Assembly (NCBI GenBank): GCA_964016885.1 | Contig: OZ024740.1 | Span: forward strand, 150,722,001-150,786,000 | Reading direction: 5' to 3' | DNA from: Eledone cirrhosa | Taxonomy: Eukaryota | DNA length: 64,000 bases | Shown: positions 1 to 13,335 of the stretch, piece after piece | Position numbering within the stretch: the first letter of the stretch is position 1 | How the letters are laid out: every line of letters starts with the position of its first letter | Notes under the pieces: generated by a model | Database searches by the model: none | What the model was told of the DNA's origin: nothing | The model's input: the letters and a program-made list of their open reading frames with translations, nothing else | Position numbers and translations under genes: made by a program

Positions 1-1
1 T

Positions 2-310
2 AGAAGCTATTTAAAAAATGTTGCCATTTCTTTCAGTTGCAAGTGTGGAAAACTATACCTCGGCCGTTGAGCCCCAACATCATTTGAAAACTCACCAAAA
101 ACAAAGCATATGCAGAAAGGAATGTAAATCCTTGGTGGGCTAAAGAGACATGTTTGTGCCACCCATGCGTGAAAGGGGGAACAGGTGGTGGAAATTCTTG
201 AAATCAAGATGCAACCATCATATGTATAGTCCGACGAGCCATTGATTACAGAGTCGGGCTAGATCGATACAGATCGAACCTTGAGATGATCAATAGCGAA
301 ACGCGTCACC
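2..310 (+). pseudogene. Decayed PLE GIY-YIG endonuclease 3' fragment followed by an HHR 3' half
   Basis: Frame from base 2 reads RSYLKNVAISFSCKCGKLYLGR*, similar to the PLE NVVY..C.CG..YIG motif. GAAACGCGTC at about 298-307 matches the 3' half of a minimal hammerhead. Confidence 0.4.
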
Positions 311-612
311 AACTAATTTAGTATATTTAAGGAGTAATCATTCGTCCTTGTGTTATTATAGTACACTCTGTCAAGCTCTACACCTTGATACCGACCTTAA
401 CCTAAACATCGAGTGCACACCCGGGTGAACCTACAGTAACTCCGCATTACACTCCCTGAATATATATATATATTAGTTTTGGTGCTCTGAAATAGCGATA
501 TATGCATGAATGTATGTATAGTATATTTGGCAATATACCGTATGTTTAATTAAAAACATTTAGAAGGCTATTCGCTATGAGTTTTAAAGTAGTGACTATG
601 TCACTTATTCTG

Positions 613-670
<58 letters not shown>

Positions 671-2223
671 TTGTATTGACTGAATTCTCTATCCTATACT
701 TCAGGGCCTTTGTGATTCACATTGTATTCTCAGACTCGAACATATACTAGGTATCACCTGATACCATTCCATCTCTTCCATCCTCTATATCTATATGTAT
801 AACCTTGTATTTTGTAACTGCACCTTGATCTATATTGTATTTCCCCTGTGTTTTGATTTCTCCGATATGTTCTTATATACTTCCGTTTTACTCCATCACC
901 ACCCTAGTTATGACGGCGTTCTATTTATGTATTTTTATTTATGCATTTTTATTTTTGTATTCTGCTTTTTATTTATGTATTTTGCTTATTGTTCCTTTTA
1001 TTTAAGTATCTATTTACTCGCTTTACTCTCATTATATACTTATTGTGCTCATTAGCACACGACACTAGAATATTACTCTCTGTACCCTTATCTTTATTCA
1101 CTCCCGCTACCCACCTAAGAACCACACTACCTATAACCCGGACTAACTGGGGAATAAATATAGTCTTTTGGCGCATTTCATCGGGTTTTACCACTTTCAA
1201 CCTCACATCACGGGTGTGAATATATAATAATCGTTTGGTAACACACGATGATCCGACAGATGTGACGGCTTTCTCAGCTGCGCGACGGGCGCCCGGGTGA
1301 GTAAGCCTTCCTTGAGTGCTTGGAAAAAACAAATTTCCCCTTCTTTCGGTAAACGAAATTACTCGGAACGGCTGCTTCGCCTCGGATCCCGCCGCGCCGC
1401 CGGTTTTGACCGCCAAATAGTACCTTTAAATTTCTAGGCTTAATCATAACTATTAGCTGTATCATGCCTCCCCCTCCTGTGTGAATTAATAGTATTCGTT
1501 TGGTATAGTCGATGGCCTGACGGCGATGGCGGACTTCCCACTGACACACCCGACGCCTAAAACAGTTACATTCCTGGAGTGCTCTGAAAAATTAATTTCC
1601 ATTTCTTTCGCTAGACGAGATCACTCGGAACGGCTGACACGTGGTTAGGAAGGGCTGGCCGGGATCTGCAGTCGTCGCTGATTATTAACTGCTAAACAAG
1701 GGCTTAATCTTTACTCTATATCCTACCCTGAAAAATTATCGAGAATATCTATAATAAGCTTAAACTTTTTCATAAAAGACTCTTTCTGTAAATTCTTTAA
1801 CTAAATCTCACAATCCAAACCTTAAACCTTATTTCTCTTATTTTTCTAATTTCATCCTAAAACTCTAAATATAAGTTTAACGTTCCTAATTGCTAACCGA
1901 AATGTCTGTCCTCATATTATACCACACAGACGCCCACTATATATGCCTTTGTTAAAGATATATGTGCTTTGGAAAAAACATTTTTCGCGGCAATTTCTAG
2001 CACGCACGGTCAGCCTGATTGTGGCATGACCTTTTCTCTTTGACGGGGAGGTAGTAGTATATTATAAGCTTACGCCCCTCACCAAATGGTCATAAGTAGA
2101 CTTAATAATCAACACTCGAGGACGACCGAGTGAAGTATAAGCTGCTAAATGGTCGGCCGCCCTCTTGTCTCTGATTTTCAGCCCCATGGATTTTATCTGT
2201 TATATTCCTTTGTTATATTTCGA

Positions 2224-2281
2224 ATACCTGATGATATCACCGGATTCATACTGAACCCGGTCATTGAAATGATCATAGTAT
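2224..2281 (+). ncRNA. Type I hammerhead ribozyme
   Basis: atac-CTGATGA-t(atcaccgg...ccggtcat)t-GAAA-tgatca-TA-gtat. Stem I atac/gtat, palindromic stem III. Confidence 0.75.
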
Positions 2282-2468
2282 AATAAACCTTTCAAGGATT
2301 TACACCAGTCCAGCCCCCTGTTATTTTATAATAATTAACTCCGTACTCGCACCACCAACTACACAAACGAGGACGGGTGAGTTGCATTACGTTGAGTACT
2401 CTCCATAATATTACACCGAGATTGACCATACGGAATGACCAGTTTAATCAGTGGTGAACCAACTAACC

Positions 2469-2499
<31 letters not shown>

Positions 2500-2505
<6 letters not shown>

Positions 2506-5500
2506 TATGAAGAGAGAAGAAACATTTAGATATAATTAGTAATAAAATGTATCATACCTAAACTGTTCCTAAATTCCTCGACTACGTAGTTTCGTGGCAT
2601 AAACAAAAACAATATATCAAAGATATAGAGTCCTTGCGAGGTCTGCCGACTTATCAAGAGGATACCTCATTTTACTAGTCTCAAGAACGCGTCTACACGA
2701 CGTGAGAAAGAATCCCAAAAGGCGGAGGGGGAGACAGTCACGCGATATAACGGTCGAGAAACAGAGCTAAGCCTCTTATAACCACGAAGAAAATACCACG
2801 GAGGCGGAGGGGGTATTCATATCGAGGCCGTAGAAGAGGTAGTGAAGAAGGCGAGAAGTATGAGTAATGGAAGCTTTCCAGTTGTCCCCACACTTCAAAG
2901 ATTGCTCGACCAGAGGGAGTTATTAATATATTTAGAAACACACAGATACATGCGGACAAACACATATATACATGAATGCATCCGCACCCAACTGTGAGTT
3001 AAGGGTGCCAACTTCACCGATGTTGCTCAATGAATGACTGGGACAGACTAATTCAGTTTGAACCAGACTGAACCAGTATCAGAGTTAAAAATACATTATG
3101 AAGAGAGAAGAAACATTTAGATATAATTAGTAATAAAATGTATCATACCTAAACTGTTCCTAAATTCCTCGACTACGTAGTTTCGTGGCATAAACAAAAA
3201 CAATATATCAAAGATATAGAGTCCTTGCGAGGTCTGCCGACTTATCAAGAGGATACCTCATTTTACTAGTCTCAAGAACGCGTCTACACGACGTGAGAAA
3301 GAATCCCAAAAGGCGGAGGGGGAGACAGTCACGCGATATAACGGTCGAGAAACAGAGCTAAGCCTCTTATAACCACGAAGAAAATACCACGGAGGCGGAG
3401 GGGGTATTCATATCGAGGCCGTAGAAGAGGTAGTGAAGAAGGCGAGAAGTATGAGTAATGGAAGCTTTCCAGTTGTCCCCACACTTCAAAGATTGCTCGA
3501 CCAGAGGGAGTTATTAATATATTTAGAAACACACAGATACATGCGGACACACACATATATACATGAATGTATCCGCACCCAACTGTGAGTTAAGGGTGCC
3601 AACTTCACCGATGTTGCTCAATGAATGACTGGGACAGACTAATTCAGTTTGAACCAGACTGAACCAGTATCAGAGTTAAAAATACATTATGAAGAGAGAA
3701 GAAACATTTAGATATAATTAGTAATAAAATGTATCATACCTAAACTGTTCCTAAATTCCTCGACTACGTAGTTTCGTGGCATAAACAAAAACAATATATC
3801 AAAGATATAGAGTCCTTGCGAGGTCTGCCGACTTATCAAGAGGATACCTCATTTTACTAGTCTCAAGAACGCGTCTACACGACGTGAGAAAGAATCCCAA
3901 AAGGCGGAGGGGGAGACAGTCACGCGATATAACGGTCGAGAAACAGAGCTAAGCCTCTTATAACCACGAAGAAAATACCACGGAGGCGGAGGGGGTATTC
4001 ATATCGAGGCCGTAGAAGAGGTAGTGAAGAAGGCGAGAAGTATGAGTAATGGAAGCTTTCCAGTTGTCCCCACACTTCAAAGATTGCTCGACCAGAGGGA
4101 GTTATTAATATATTTAGAAACACACAGATACATGCGGACACACACATATATACATGAATGTATCCGCACCCAACTGTGAGTTAAGGGTGCCAACTTCACC
4201 GATGTTGCTCAATGAATGACTGGGACAGACTAATTCAGTTTGAACCAGACTGAACCAGTATCAGAGTTAAAAATACATTATGAAGAGAGAAGAAACATTT
4301 AGATATAATTAGTAATAAAATGTATCATACCTAAACTGTTCCTAAATTCCTCGACTACGTAGTTTCGTGGCATAAACAAAAACAATATATCAAAGATATA
4401 GAGTCCTTGCGAGGTCTGCCGACTTATCAAGAGGATACCTCATTTTACTAGTCTCAAGAACGCGTCTACACGACGTGAGAAAGAATCCCAAAAGGCGGAG
4501 GGGGAGACAGTCACGCGATATAACGGTCGAGAAACAGAGCTAAGCCTCTTATAACCACGAAGAAAATACCACGGAGGCGGAGGGGGTATTCATATCGAGG
4601 CCGTAGAAGAGGTAGTGAAGAAGGCGAGAAGTATGAGTAATGGAAGCTTTCCAGTTGTCCCCACACTTCAAAGATTGCTCGACCAGAGGGAGTTATTAAT
4701 ATATTTAGAAACACACAGATACATGCGGACACACACATATATACATGAATGCATCCGCACCCAACTACGTAGTCGAGGAATTTAGGAACAGTTTAGGTAT
4801 GATACATTTTATTACTAACTATATCTAAATGTTTCTTCTCTCTTCATAATGTATTTTTAACTCTGATACTGGTTCAGTCTGGTTCAAACTGAATTAGTCT
4901 GTCCCAGTCATTCATTGAGCAACATCGGTGAAGTTGGCACCCTTAACTCACAGTTGGGTGCGGATGCATTCATGTATATATGTGTGTGTCCGCATGTATC
5001 TGTGTGTTTCTAAATATATTAATAACTCCCTCTGGTCGAGCAATCTTTGAAGTGTGGGGACAACTGGAAAGCTTCCATTACTCATACTTCTCGCCTTCTT
5101 CACTACCTCTTCTACGGCCTCGATATGAATACCCCCTCCGCCTCCGTGGTATTTTCTTCGTGGTTATAAGAGGCTTAGCTCTGTTTCTCGACCGTTATAT
5201 CGCGTGACTGTCTCTCCCTCCGCCTTTTGGGATTCTTTCTCACGTCGTGTAGACGCGTTCTTGAGACTAGTAAAATGAGGTATCCTCTTGATAAGTCGGC
5301 AGACCTCGCAAGGACTCTATATCTTTGATATATTGTTTTTGTTTATGCCACGAAACTACGTAGTCGAGGAATTTAGGAACAGTTTAGGTATGATACATTT
5401 TATTACTAATTATATCTAAATGTTTCTTCTCTCTTCATAATGTATTTTTAACTCTGATACTGGTTCAGTCTGGTTCAAACTGAATTAGTCTGTCCCAGTC

Positions 5501-6192
5501 ATTCATTGAGCAACATCGGTGAAGTTGGCACCCTTAACTCACAGTTGGGTGCGGATGCATTCATGTATATATGTGTGTGTCCGCATGTATCTGTGTGTTT
5601 CTAAATATATTAATAACTCCCTCTGGTCGAGCAATCTTTGAAGTGTGGGGACAACTGGAAAGCTTCCATTACTCATACTTCTCGCCTTCTTCACTACCTC
5701 TTCTACGGCCTCGATATAAATACCCCCTCCGCCTCCGTGGTATTTTCTTCGTGGTTATAAGAGGCTTAGTTCTGTTTCTCGACCGTTATATCGCGTGACT
5801 GTCTCCCCCTCCGCCTTTTGGGATTCTTTCTCACGTCGTGTAGACGCGTTCTTGAGACTAGTAAAATGAGGTATCCTCTTGATAAGTCGGCAGACCTCGC
5901 AAGGACTCTATATCTTTGATATATTGTTTTTGTTTATGCCACGAAACTACGTAGTCGAGGAATTTAGGAACAGTTTAGGTATGATACATTTTATTACTAA
6001 TTATATCTAAATGTTTCTTCTCTCTTCATAATGTATTTTTAACTCTGATACTGGTTCAGTCTGGTTCAAACTGAATTAGTCTGTCCCAGTCATTCATTGA
6101 GCAACATCGGTGAAGTTGGCACCCTTAACTCACAGTTGGGTGCGGATGCATTCATGTATATATGTGTGTGTCCGCATGTATCTGTGTGTTTC

Positions 6193-6201
<9 letters not shown>
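2500..6201. mobile_element. Retrozyme-like array of 591-bp HHR monomers with one inversion, inserted in (TA)n
   Basis: Exact 591-bp period. About 3.8 units in one orientation (2500-4766) and 2.4 units inverted (4763-6201), joined by AACT microhomology. (TA)n on both sides, one HHR per unit. Confidence 0.85.
5283..5370 (+). ncRNA. Type I HHR, U3-A8 core variant (591-bp monomer); also + 5874-5961 and - 2575-2662, 3166-3253, 3757-3844, 4348-4435
   Basis: tcctc-TTGATAA-gtcggca...tgccac-GAAA-ctacgtag-TC-gagga. Stem I tcctc/gagga, stem III ACTACGTAGT palindrome, GUC site. Confidence 0.75.
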
Positions 6202-6238
<37 letters not shown>

Positions 6239-6610
6239 TGTTGAAGTTTGCTTGAAGCATTGAGAAATAATAAAATTGGTTGTTTTGGAAGCCTCAACAA
6301 TGCAGATGGGTAAATCTCCGGATAACAGAATCAGGTGGTAATGAGAGAGATGTGAGAGGAAATGTACAATGAGGGTGTATATGAACGTAGGAAAGAGTGT
6401 AAAAATAATAACACGAGATAGAGTTACCTTGGAAGGGATTTAATTGTCCCTATATTTCGGATTTCGCATCCATCAACTGGGGGTTTTCCGAGGGGGAAAG
6501 TTTTTTGTCGGAGAGGGACAACACGTGGCCTCTGTTGTCTACCGTGTCTGTACTCCGGAGTACACACACGGTGGACAACAGAGGCCACTTTAGGCCCAGT
6601 TAGGGCGGTA

Positions 6611-6795
6611 GATTGGCAGTGTGGGTAGAGGGTCGGACGCCATGCTTTGACGTATAGAGTTACGGCCCTGGCCATTTTGAGTTAAAATCCCGCCGAGGTT
6701 AACTTTGCCTTTCATCCTTACGGGGTCGATAAAAGAAAGTACCAGTAATGTACTGGGTAATTACTGGCCTTGTGCCAAAAGTAGAAACAATTATT
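6611..6795 (+). mobile_element. SINE with GGGGTCGATAAAA.AAAGTACCAGT body; other copies 8833-9020(+), ~16510-16578(+, partial), ~17735-17910(-), ~29592-29802(-), ~49556-49652(-)
   Basis: Shared block AAATCCCGCCGAGGTTAACTTTGCCTTTCATCCTTACGGGGTCGATAAAA in several dispersed copies, with tRNA-like A/B-box remnants. Confidence 0.75.
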
Positions 6796-6916
6796 TTTAC
6801 ACTCTTTCTTACGTTCCTTTACACCCTCATTCTACATTTCCTCTTACATCTCTCTCATTACCACCTGATTCTGTTACCCGGAGATTTACCCATCTGCATT
6901 GGGCTTCCAAACGACC

Positions 6917-6950
<34 letters not shown>

Positions 6951-6958
<8 letters not shown>

Positions 6959-7307
6959 GTGAGGTTTTTTTTACAAAATGAAAAATAACCGAGGTGTCCT
7001 ACACGAGTGGAAGTATAAAGAAAAAGGGATGAAATCGAAAATGCAACTGAAGTCTTATTTTTTTAAAAATATATATATTTATTTGGTTCCTTTACCGGTT
7101 TCGCAGTTCTTCTGCTTTTCAAAAGGTGAGTTGAGATGGAGGGTCTGTGGTTTTTCTCACATCAGATGTGAGAAAAACCACAGACCCTCCATCTCAACTC
7201 ACCTTTTGAAAAGCAGAAGAACTGCGAAACCGGTAAAGGAACCAAATAAATATATATATTTTTAAAAAAATAAGACTTCAGTTGCATTTTCGATTTCATC
7301 CCTTTTT

Positions 7308-7313
<6 letters not shown>
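6951..7313. mobile_element. Fold-back HHR element, family B, in (TA)n; other copies 12258-12615 (fold-back), 21843-21950(+), 26040-26190(-), 46205-46420(+)
   Basis: Perfect ~150-bp inverted arms centred at 7164 (CTCACATC-A-GATGTGAG), with TA tracts on both sides. Confidence 0.85.
7202..7239 (+). ncRNA. Minimal type I HHR, U3-A8 variant (mirror copy on - at 7089-7126)
   Basis: cctt-TTGAAAA-gcag-aagaa-ctgc-GAAA-ccgg-TA-aagg. Confidence 0.8.
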
Positions 7314-7364
<51 letters not shown>

Positions 7365-7660
7365 GTATATCTTAAAACCCTTTTCATTGATAAGTCATGT
7401 AAGTCTTAAGTAGCTAATTAATTATGATAATTAATCTAATTTCTTGATCATGATCAAACAAGGGTCTGAATAAAATATAAGTAAAATTATATTTTCCTTA
7501 AATATGTTTTTTGCTTGCTATGTTCTTAATTTGTATATTTCTATTCCTAAATATAATTTTGTATAAATAATGGTGTAGAAAATATAGATGTTAGTCAATA
7601 TAATGTATATGAACTATTTACGGCATAGTATGATTGAAATAATTTCTAATTTAGTCTACT

Positions 7661-7661
7661 A

Positions 7662-7698
<37 letters not shown>

Positions 7699-7865
7699 TA
7701 TATATATGTATATATATATATATATATGTATATATATACATATATGTATGTATATATATATATATATATATATACATAGTATATATATATGTACATATAT
7801 ATATATACATATATATGTGTGTGTGTGTGTGTATGTATATATATATATATACACACATATATATG

Positions 7866-7917
<52 letters not shown>

Positions 7918-8085
7918 TATATATATATATATACATATGTGTATGTATATATATATATACATATACATAGTATATATATGTACATAGTTTATATACATAT
8001 ATATATATATGTGTGTGTATGTGTGTATATACATGCATATGTATGTATGTATCTATATATATATATAATATGTATATATATAGAT

Positions 8086-8168
<83 letters not shown>
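7661..8168. repeat. Compound (TA)n/(CA)n/(TG)n microsatellite
   Basis: Directly visible; source of the spurious YI-repeat ORFs. Confidence 0.95.
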
Positions 8169-8170
<2 letters not shown>

Positions 8171-9854
8171 CGTAATTGTAACAGGAGATAGAATAACAAT
8201 ATCTACACGATATCTTAGTAATAATGTTGATATTTGGAGGATTTATCTCACGGACCCCAAAATGTTTTGATTATTGGTTAACAAATAATCGCAGATTTCC
8301 TAAGTAGCTCGTATAAGCCATCTTAAGAATATAGGTATTCTAGAGACTTTCTATGTTAAACAATTGATATACTAATTTTATTCAAGTGATTTGAAATTGT
8401 ACTTTAATTGTACTGTTTTTCTATGTTAACCTATTGAATCAATGATTTTTCCCTTCTTTCCCTGCAAGAGTTCTTGCTTGGGACTATTGCCGTACAACAA
8501 TTTAACGTATGGTGTCTGCACTGAAATGTTCCATTGTGCATGCTGTAAACAACGGGATCGAAATCATCATTTATCGATCTAAATACTTATTATAATTATA
8601 TATATATGTGTATGCGTATTTATATGTATATATATGTGTGTGTGGGGGGGGGGGGTATCAACACTCACTCATTTATTTGTGTGTATACTTAATTCTGTGT
8701 CAGTTTATTAATTAATGATGTTATTTCTATTAAGACTGCTCCCACTTCCTTAAATCCCGAACATTCTGCTCATATGTTACCATGGAGATATTTTATACAG
8801 ATACAATTCATTGTTTTGTGTCATCATTATGTGGATTGGCAGTATCGGTAGAGGGTCGGACGCCATGCTTTCCAGCATAGTTACGTCCCTTTACGGCCTG
8901 AGTTCAAATCCCGCCGAGGTTAACTTTGCCTTTCATCCTTACGGGGTCGATAAAATAAAGTAACAGTAATACACTGGGATAATTGCTGGCCTTGTGCCAA
9001 AAGTAGAAACAATTATTTTTATTTATGTTGGAAGCATTCGCTTTGCCGCTTATAACACGTCTACCATAAAGGAAAAAAGCCATTATGGTCCTGCCTGGAA
9101 TGTCTTTGATCATATGTCTGATAGATCAAGGCTAAGATGATCTGGGGCTAGAAAACAACAGTACCGCCACCACTACTAATAAGAAAACCCTAAACGCATT
9201 CAACACAAAAACAGTAATAACAAACCGTCACCACCATTAACACCATCACCATCCACAACAACCCTTTAACCATTATCAGTACTACTACCATAAACACGAT
9301 TGCCACTACTTTCATGACTACCACCATCACCACAATCATCACTGCCATCACTGCTACTGTCACCACCAACAACAACACCAGTATCCCTACCATTACAACC
9401 AGCCTGAAACTCTTGTTGTCGTGTTACCGGCTAGAATTAGCTCTCAGATCTTTCTGAAATCATACCTACAATTTTTATTTTTTAAAGCAAGGAAAGCCGT
9501 CTAAAAACGTGTATTCGATCATCGATGATCCAGGGAGGCAATGACTTTTTAACTATGCAATTGATTGTGTTTTATGTGTACGCAAATGGTTCAAGTGATT
9601 GATTCAGTTAAGGAAATAACGGATTACAAATCATTACTACCTACTATCGTAGGTAAGAATAGCGAGTGTTCTAGTTGATAGACCAACGCAACAGCCTACT
9701 TATAAAGTTGACGTGCTAGTGGCTGAACAATTTCACAAAATTGTAATATTTCAATTAACTGAGGTTTTTCATGCAATCACACTCTAGAAGCATTTATCTA
9801 GAAGCAACGTCTGAGTGATATAATTCACTATATGTGAGACATTATTACTGGATC

Positions 9855-10165
9855 TCCGTCGGTTCTAATGGCGAGTGTTCCAGTTGTTTGAACAATGTAA
9901 CAGCCTGCTTGTCAAATTAACGTACACAAGCCTCAACATTCTACAGACACCTAATTTTGACGTAATTCTAAGGAAGATTTAGCGTGTTACAAGGTGTGAC
10001 AAGGTTGGCACTTTGAATTACCAGTACAACTCATCTTGTCCAGTTGAATGGACTGGAGCAACGTTAAATAAATTGTTTGCTTAAAGAAACAACGTGCAGC
10101 CGTGAATTGAACTCATGATCATATGATCGTGAACCTAACTACCTAAACATAAGGCCACGTGCTTT
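9855..10165 (-). mobile_element. Degenerate tRNA-derived SINE (second family); related pieces ~12645-12680, ~29328-29440(+), ~30040-30220, ~44430-44500
   Basis: Recurring GGAGCAACGT.AAAT.AAGTGTCTTGCTCAAGGAC block followed by a reverse B-box (TCGAACTC/TTGAACTC). Confidence 0.55.
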
Positions 10166-11380
10166 CGATGTGAAACCCTCCTCTTATTCATATTCTTGAT
10201 ATTTATAAGTGTCACTACTTTAAATCTATTTCGATATATACCGATCACTTCTAAGTCTTGCCAACATGAAATCTAACAATATCGAAATATGTCCATTACT
10301 TTGAGTAACAGAAACTAATTTACAAGTATATAAAGTTATAAATAAAAATAATGCAGTTGACATAATACAAAATTATGTTGAGATGTAAGTGAATACAAGT
10401 GGTTGTTAAACCGATCGCTACATCTCCATCTCAAACTGTTGGAAAAGACCATTATAAAGTTCGATTTCACAGTGAGACTAAATAAATGTATATGAATACA
10501 TGTTACTCCATATATTTATACAGCTCTGTAAAGTTCTCTCGGCAATGTTATTTTTTAAAGTCGATATTCTTATTTACAAACCACGTTTTCTTGGTGCATG
10601 TATAAATCCCTTTGATGTGTAACTTCATTGACTTTTGTTGTTCCCTTCGAATTCAAAGATTATTTTATTTATTTACTCGACCCCAACTAATAATCGTACG
10701 CTGAAATCTACAAGTTTCTGAAATGTCTTTCAACGATTATCATTTTCTTCTTTATCATCAATTATTGAGGTTCGCATTTGATCTTCCTCTCATCATTTGA
10801 CTCTATTAGGGATCATTTTACCTCAACTTTTGCATCAAACGATGGAACCCTACATTCCGAACTTCTGTTCCAGCGTATGTACATGCACACATAAACACGC
10901 ACACAAAAACATACAAACATACACGCAGATACATAAACACAAACACGTACGCAAACCTTCACACATACGCATAGGTACATAGACACATAAACATTCACAC
11001 AAACGCATACAAATAATTGCACGCGCTAAAACATATACCTATATATAACCATTCATAAAAGTACACTGATACATACATAGACTTAGCAATACACACATAT
11101 GCACACGCACATACATATACTGGTTGTAAGCAAAAATTTGAGTCGATAACTACAATAGGCGCGGTGATCAAAGATGCAACACATTCCTTTATCTTTGCAA
11201 GATCAAACCACGGATGTTGAGTGATTATATATAACCTGCCGTGGGGCTAGGAAATACATGAAAGCCAGGAAGCGGAAATTAGACCTTTATAATATCCCCC
11301 CCCCCCCTATCACCGACACAGACACATAGATACACATACACTTATATATATATAGAGATACACACGCACACACACACACG

Positions 11381-11421
<41 letters not shown>

Positions 11422-11469
11422 GGAGATAGATAGAGAGAGTGAGAAAGGGAGAAAGGAAGAAAAAGAGAG

Positions 11470-11503
<34 letters not shown>

Positions 11504-11878
11504 CGTGTGTGTGTCGGTGTGTGTGTGTGAGTGTGTGTGTGTGTGTATATATATGTATATATATATTGGAAAATGTGTAAAATCCTTGGTACAGTTAGGT
11601 ATATTTGAAAAAATGAAAAGAATTATCACTTGTAGTTCTAAACATTTAATTTTATCATATTATAATTTTACTTTCCTGGAGAACTTTCTCGCATTCGTCG
11701 GTGACGAATTTCAAACTGATCTAAGGTTGCGTTGTGATGTGTGACTTTATATATATGAGATTTTGGTGTGTTGTTAATGATGGTGGGAGTGAAGGCGTGT
11801 TGATGAAGATTTAAAGGAATTAAAGCATATATAAACACAAGAGGTGTGTGTGTGGGGTGTGTGTTTGTGTGGTTATGA

Positions 11879-11936
<58 letters not shown>

Positions 11937-12089
11937 GAAACTTAAAAACCTGTCATATAAGCATATATATGCATATATATCAGTTTTGAAAGAGATGTCA
12001 ACATGAATGGACCTATTATTTTTATCTAAAGACATTTTTTTCCAATTCCATCCCGCCCATCCTCTTAATCTATTTTATTTCTCATTCTT

Positions 12090-12125
12090 TCTTCTGATGA
12101 AGGACTAGCGTCCGAAACGTTAAGA
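12090..12125 (+). ncRNA. Minimal type I HHR (decayed paralogue at 30331-30366)
   Basis: tctt-CTGATGA-aggac-tagc-gtcc-GAAA-cg-TT-aaga. The downstream ~100 nt also match the 30.3-kb copy. Confidence 0.8.
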
Positions 12126-13007
12126 CCCTCTTCCTGCTATATCAAGCGTTAACCTAATATATACCTTCCATATACTGTACCGATTGTGTTGTTATTTTTT
12201 TTTACCTTTTACATACACACACACAAACACACACATATATATATATATATATATATTTAGAAAAAAAGATGAAATCGAAAATGCAACTGGAGTCTTATTT
12301 AAAAAAAAATATATATATTTATTTGGTTCCTTCACCGGTTTCGTAGTTCTTCTGCTTTTCAAAAGTAGAGTTGAGATGGAGGGTCTGTGGTTTTTCTCAC
12401 AGATGTGAGAAAAACCACAGACCCTCCATCTCAACTCTACTTTTGAAAAGCAGAAGAACTACGAAACCGGTGAAGGAACCAAATAAATATATATATTTTT
12501 TTAAAAATAAGACTCCAGTTGCATTTTCGATTTGATATTTTTTTTTTAATACTTTCACTCGTGTAGGACACCGTGGTTATTTTTCTTTTTGTAAAAAAAA
12601 CCTCACTTTCTAATGTATATATATATCTATCGTGACGCAGTGTGAGATTGGAGCAATTTGAAATAATGTGTCTTGATCGCTAGTTATCGGACTCTTCTAA
12701 TTCACCTGTCTTCACAAACATTTTAAGTACAACCTAAGAATGTTAAATTAATAGATACACAAATAAATAGTGATATTTATACACAGATATCCTGATAGGT
12801 GGACGTAAAAACAAATAGACGTAGAGATGGATAAGTAGCTAGACACATAAACAGACAGATAAACAGATTATAGACCGATAGATAGAGAGACAAGGAGACA
12901 AATAGATAGAAAGAAATATAGATATATGGATAGATAGATATCTTTGGACTGATAGATAGACTGATAGAAAGACAGCGAGACAAATAGATAGGTAAATAGA
13001 TAGATAT

Positions 13008-13325
13008 ATTTCTTTATTAGCCATAGGGGCACAAAAGAAGGGGACAAATACAAAGGGGGAAGTTTACATACAATAAAAACGTGTAAAATGTTATCACAAA
13101 TGGAATTTAAAAAAGTTAGTCGATTTTCCCCAATAGAGGGAGACAGTTTATATGGGTAGCACATACCCCCGAAAAAAATGTGCAACCCTCATCTCCAGTA
13201 ATACGAAGAGTTTGTACTCCTTTCCTCTCCTCCTCCTTTTCCTCAACCTACAGGCTGATATAGAGAGAAGGCCCATTCACTCGGGCCATTCTCGCCACTT
13301 TCACCCACCTTTCATAAAACTTGCT
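13008..13325 (-). mobile_element. 5'-truncated Tx1-like LINE 3' end
   Basis: Similar to 39930-40215 (RWVKVARMARVNGPSLY plus 3' UTR); lies in a GATA-rich repeat. Confidence 0.85.
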
Positions 13326-13335
13326 GGGTAAATAG

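Noticed and set aside
2738-5798. Repeated 75-aa ORF in the 591-bp unit (and the 60-aa ORF in the 469-bp unit)
   Set aside because: Short, with no domain motifs. They recur only because the unit recurs, and the 469-bp ORF is antisense to the ribozyme with a GTG start.
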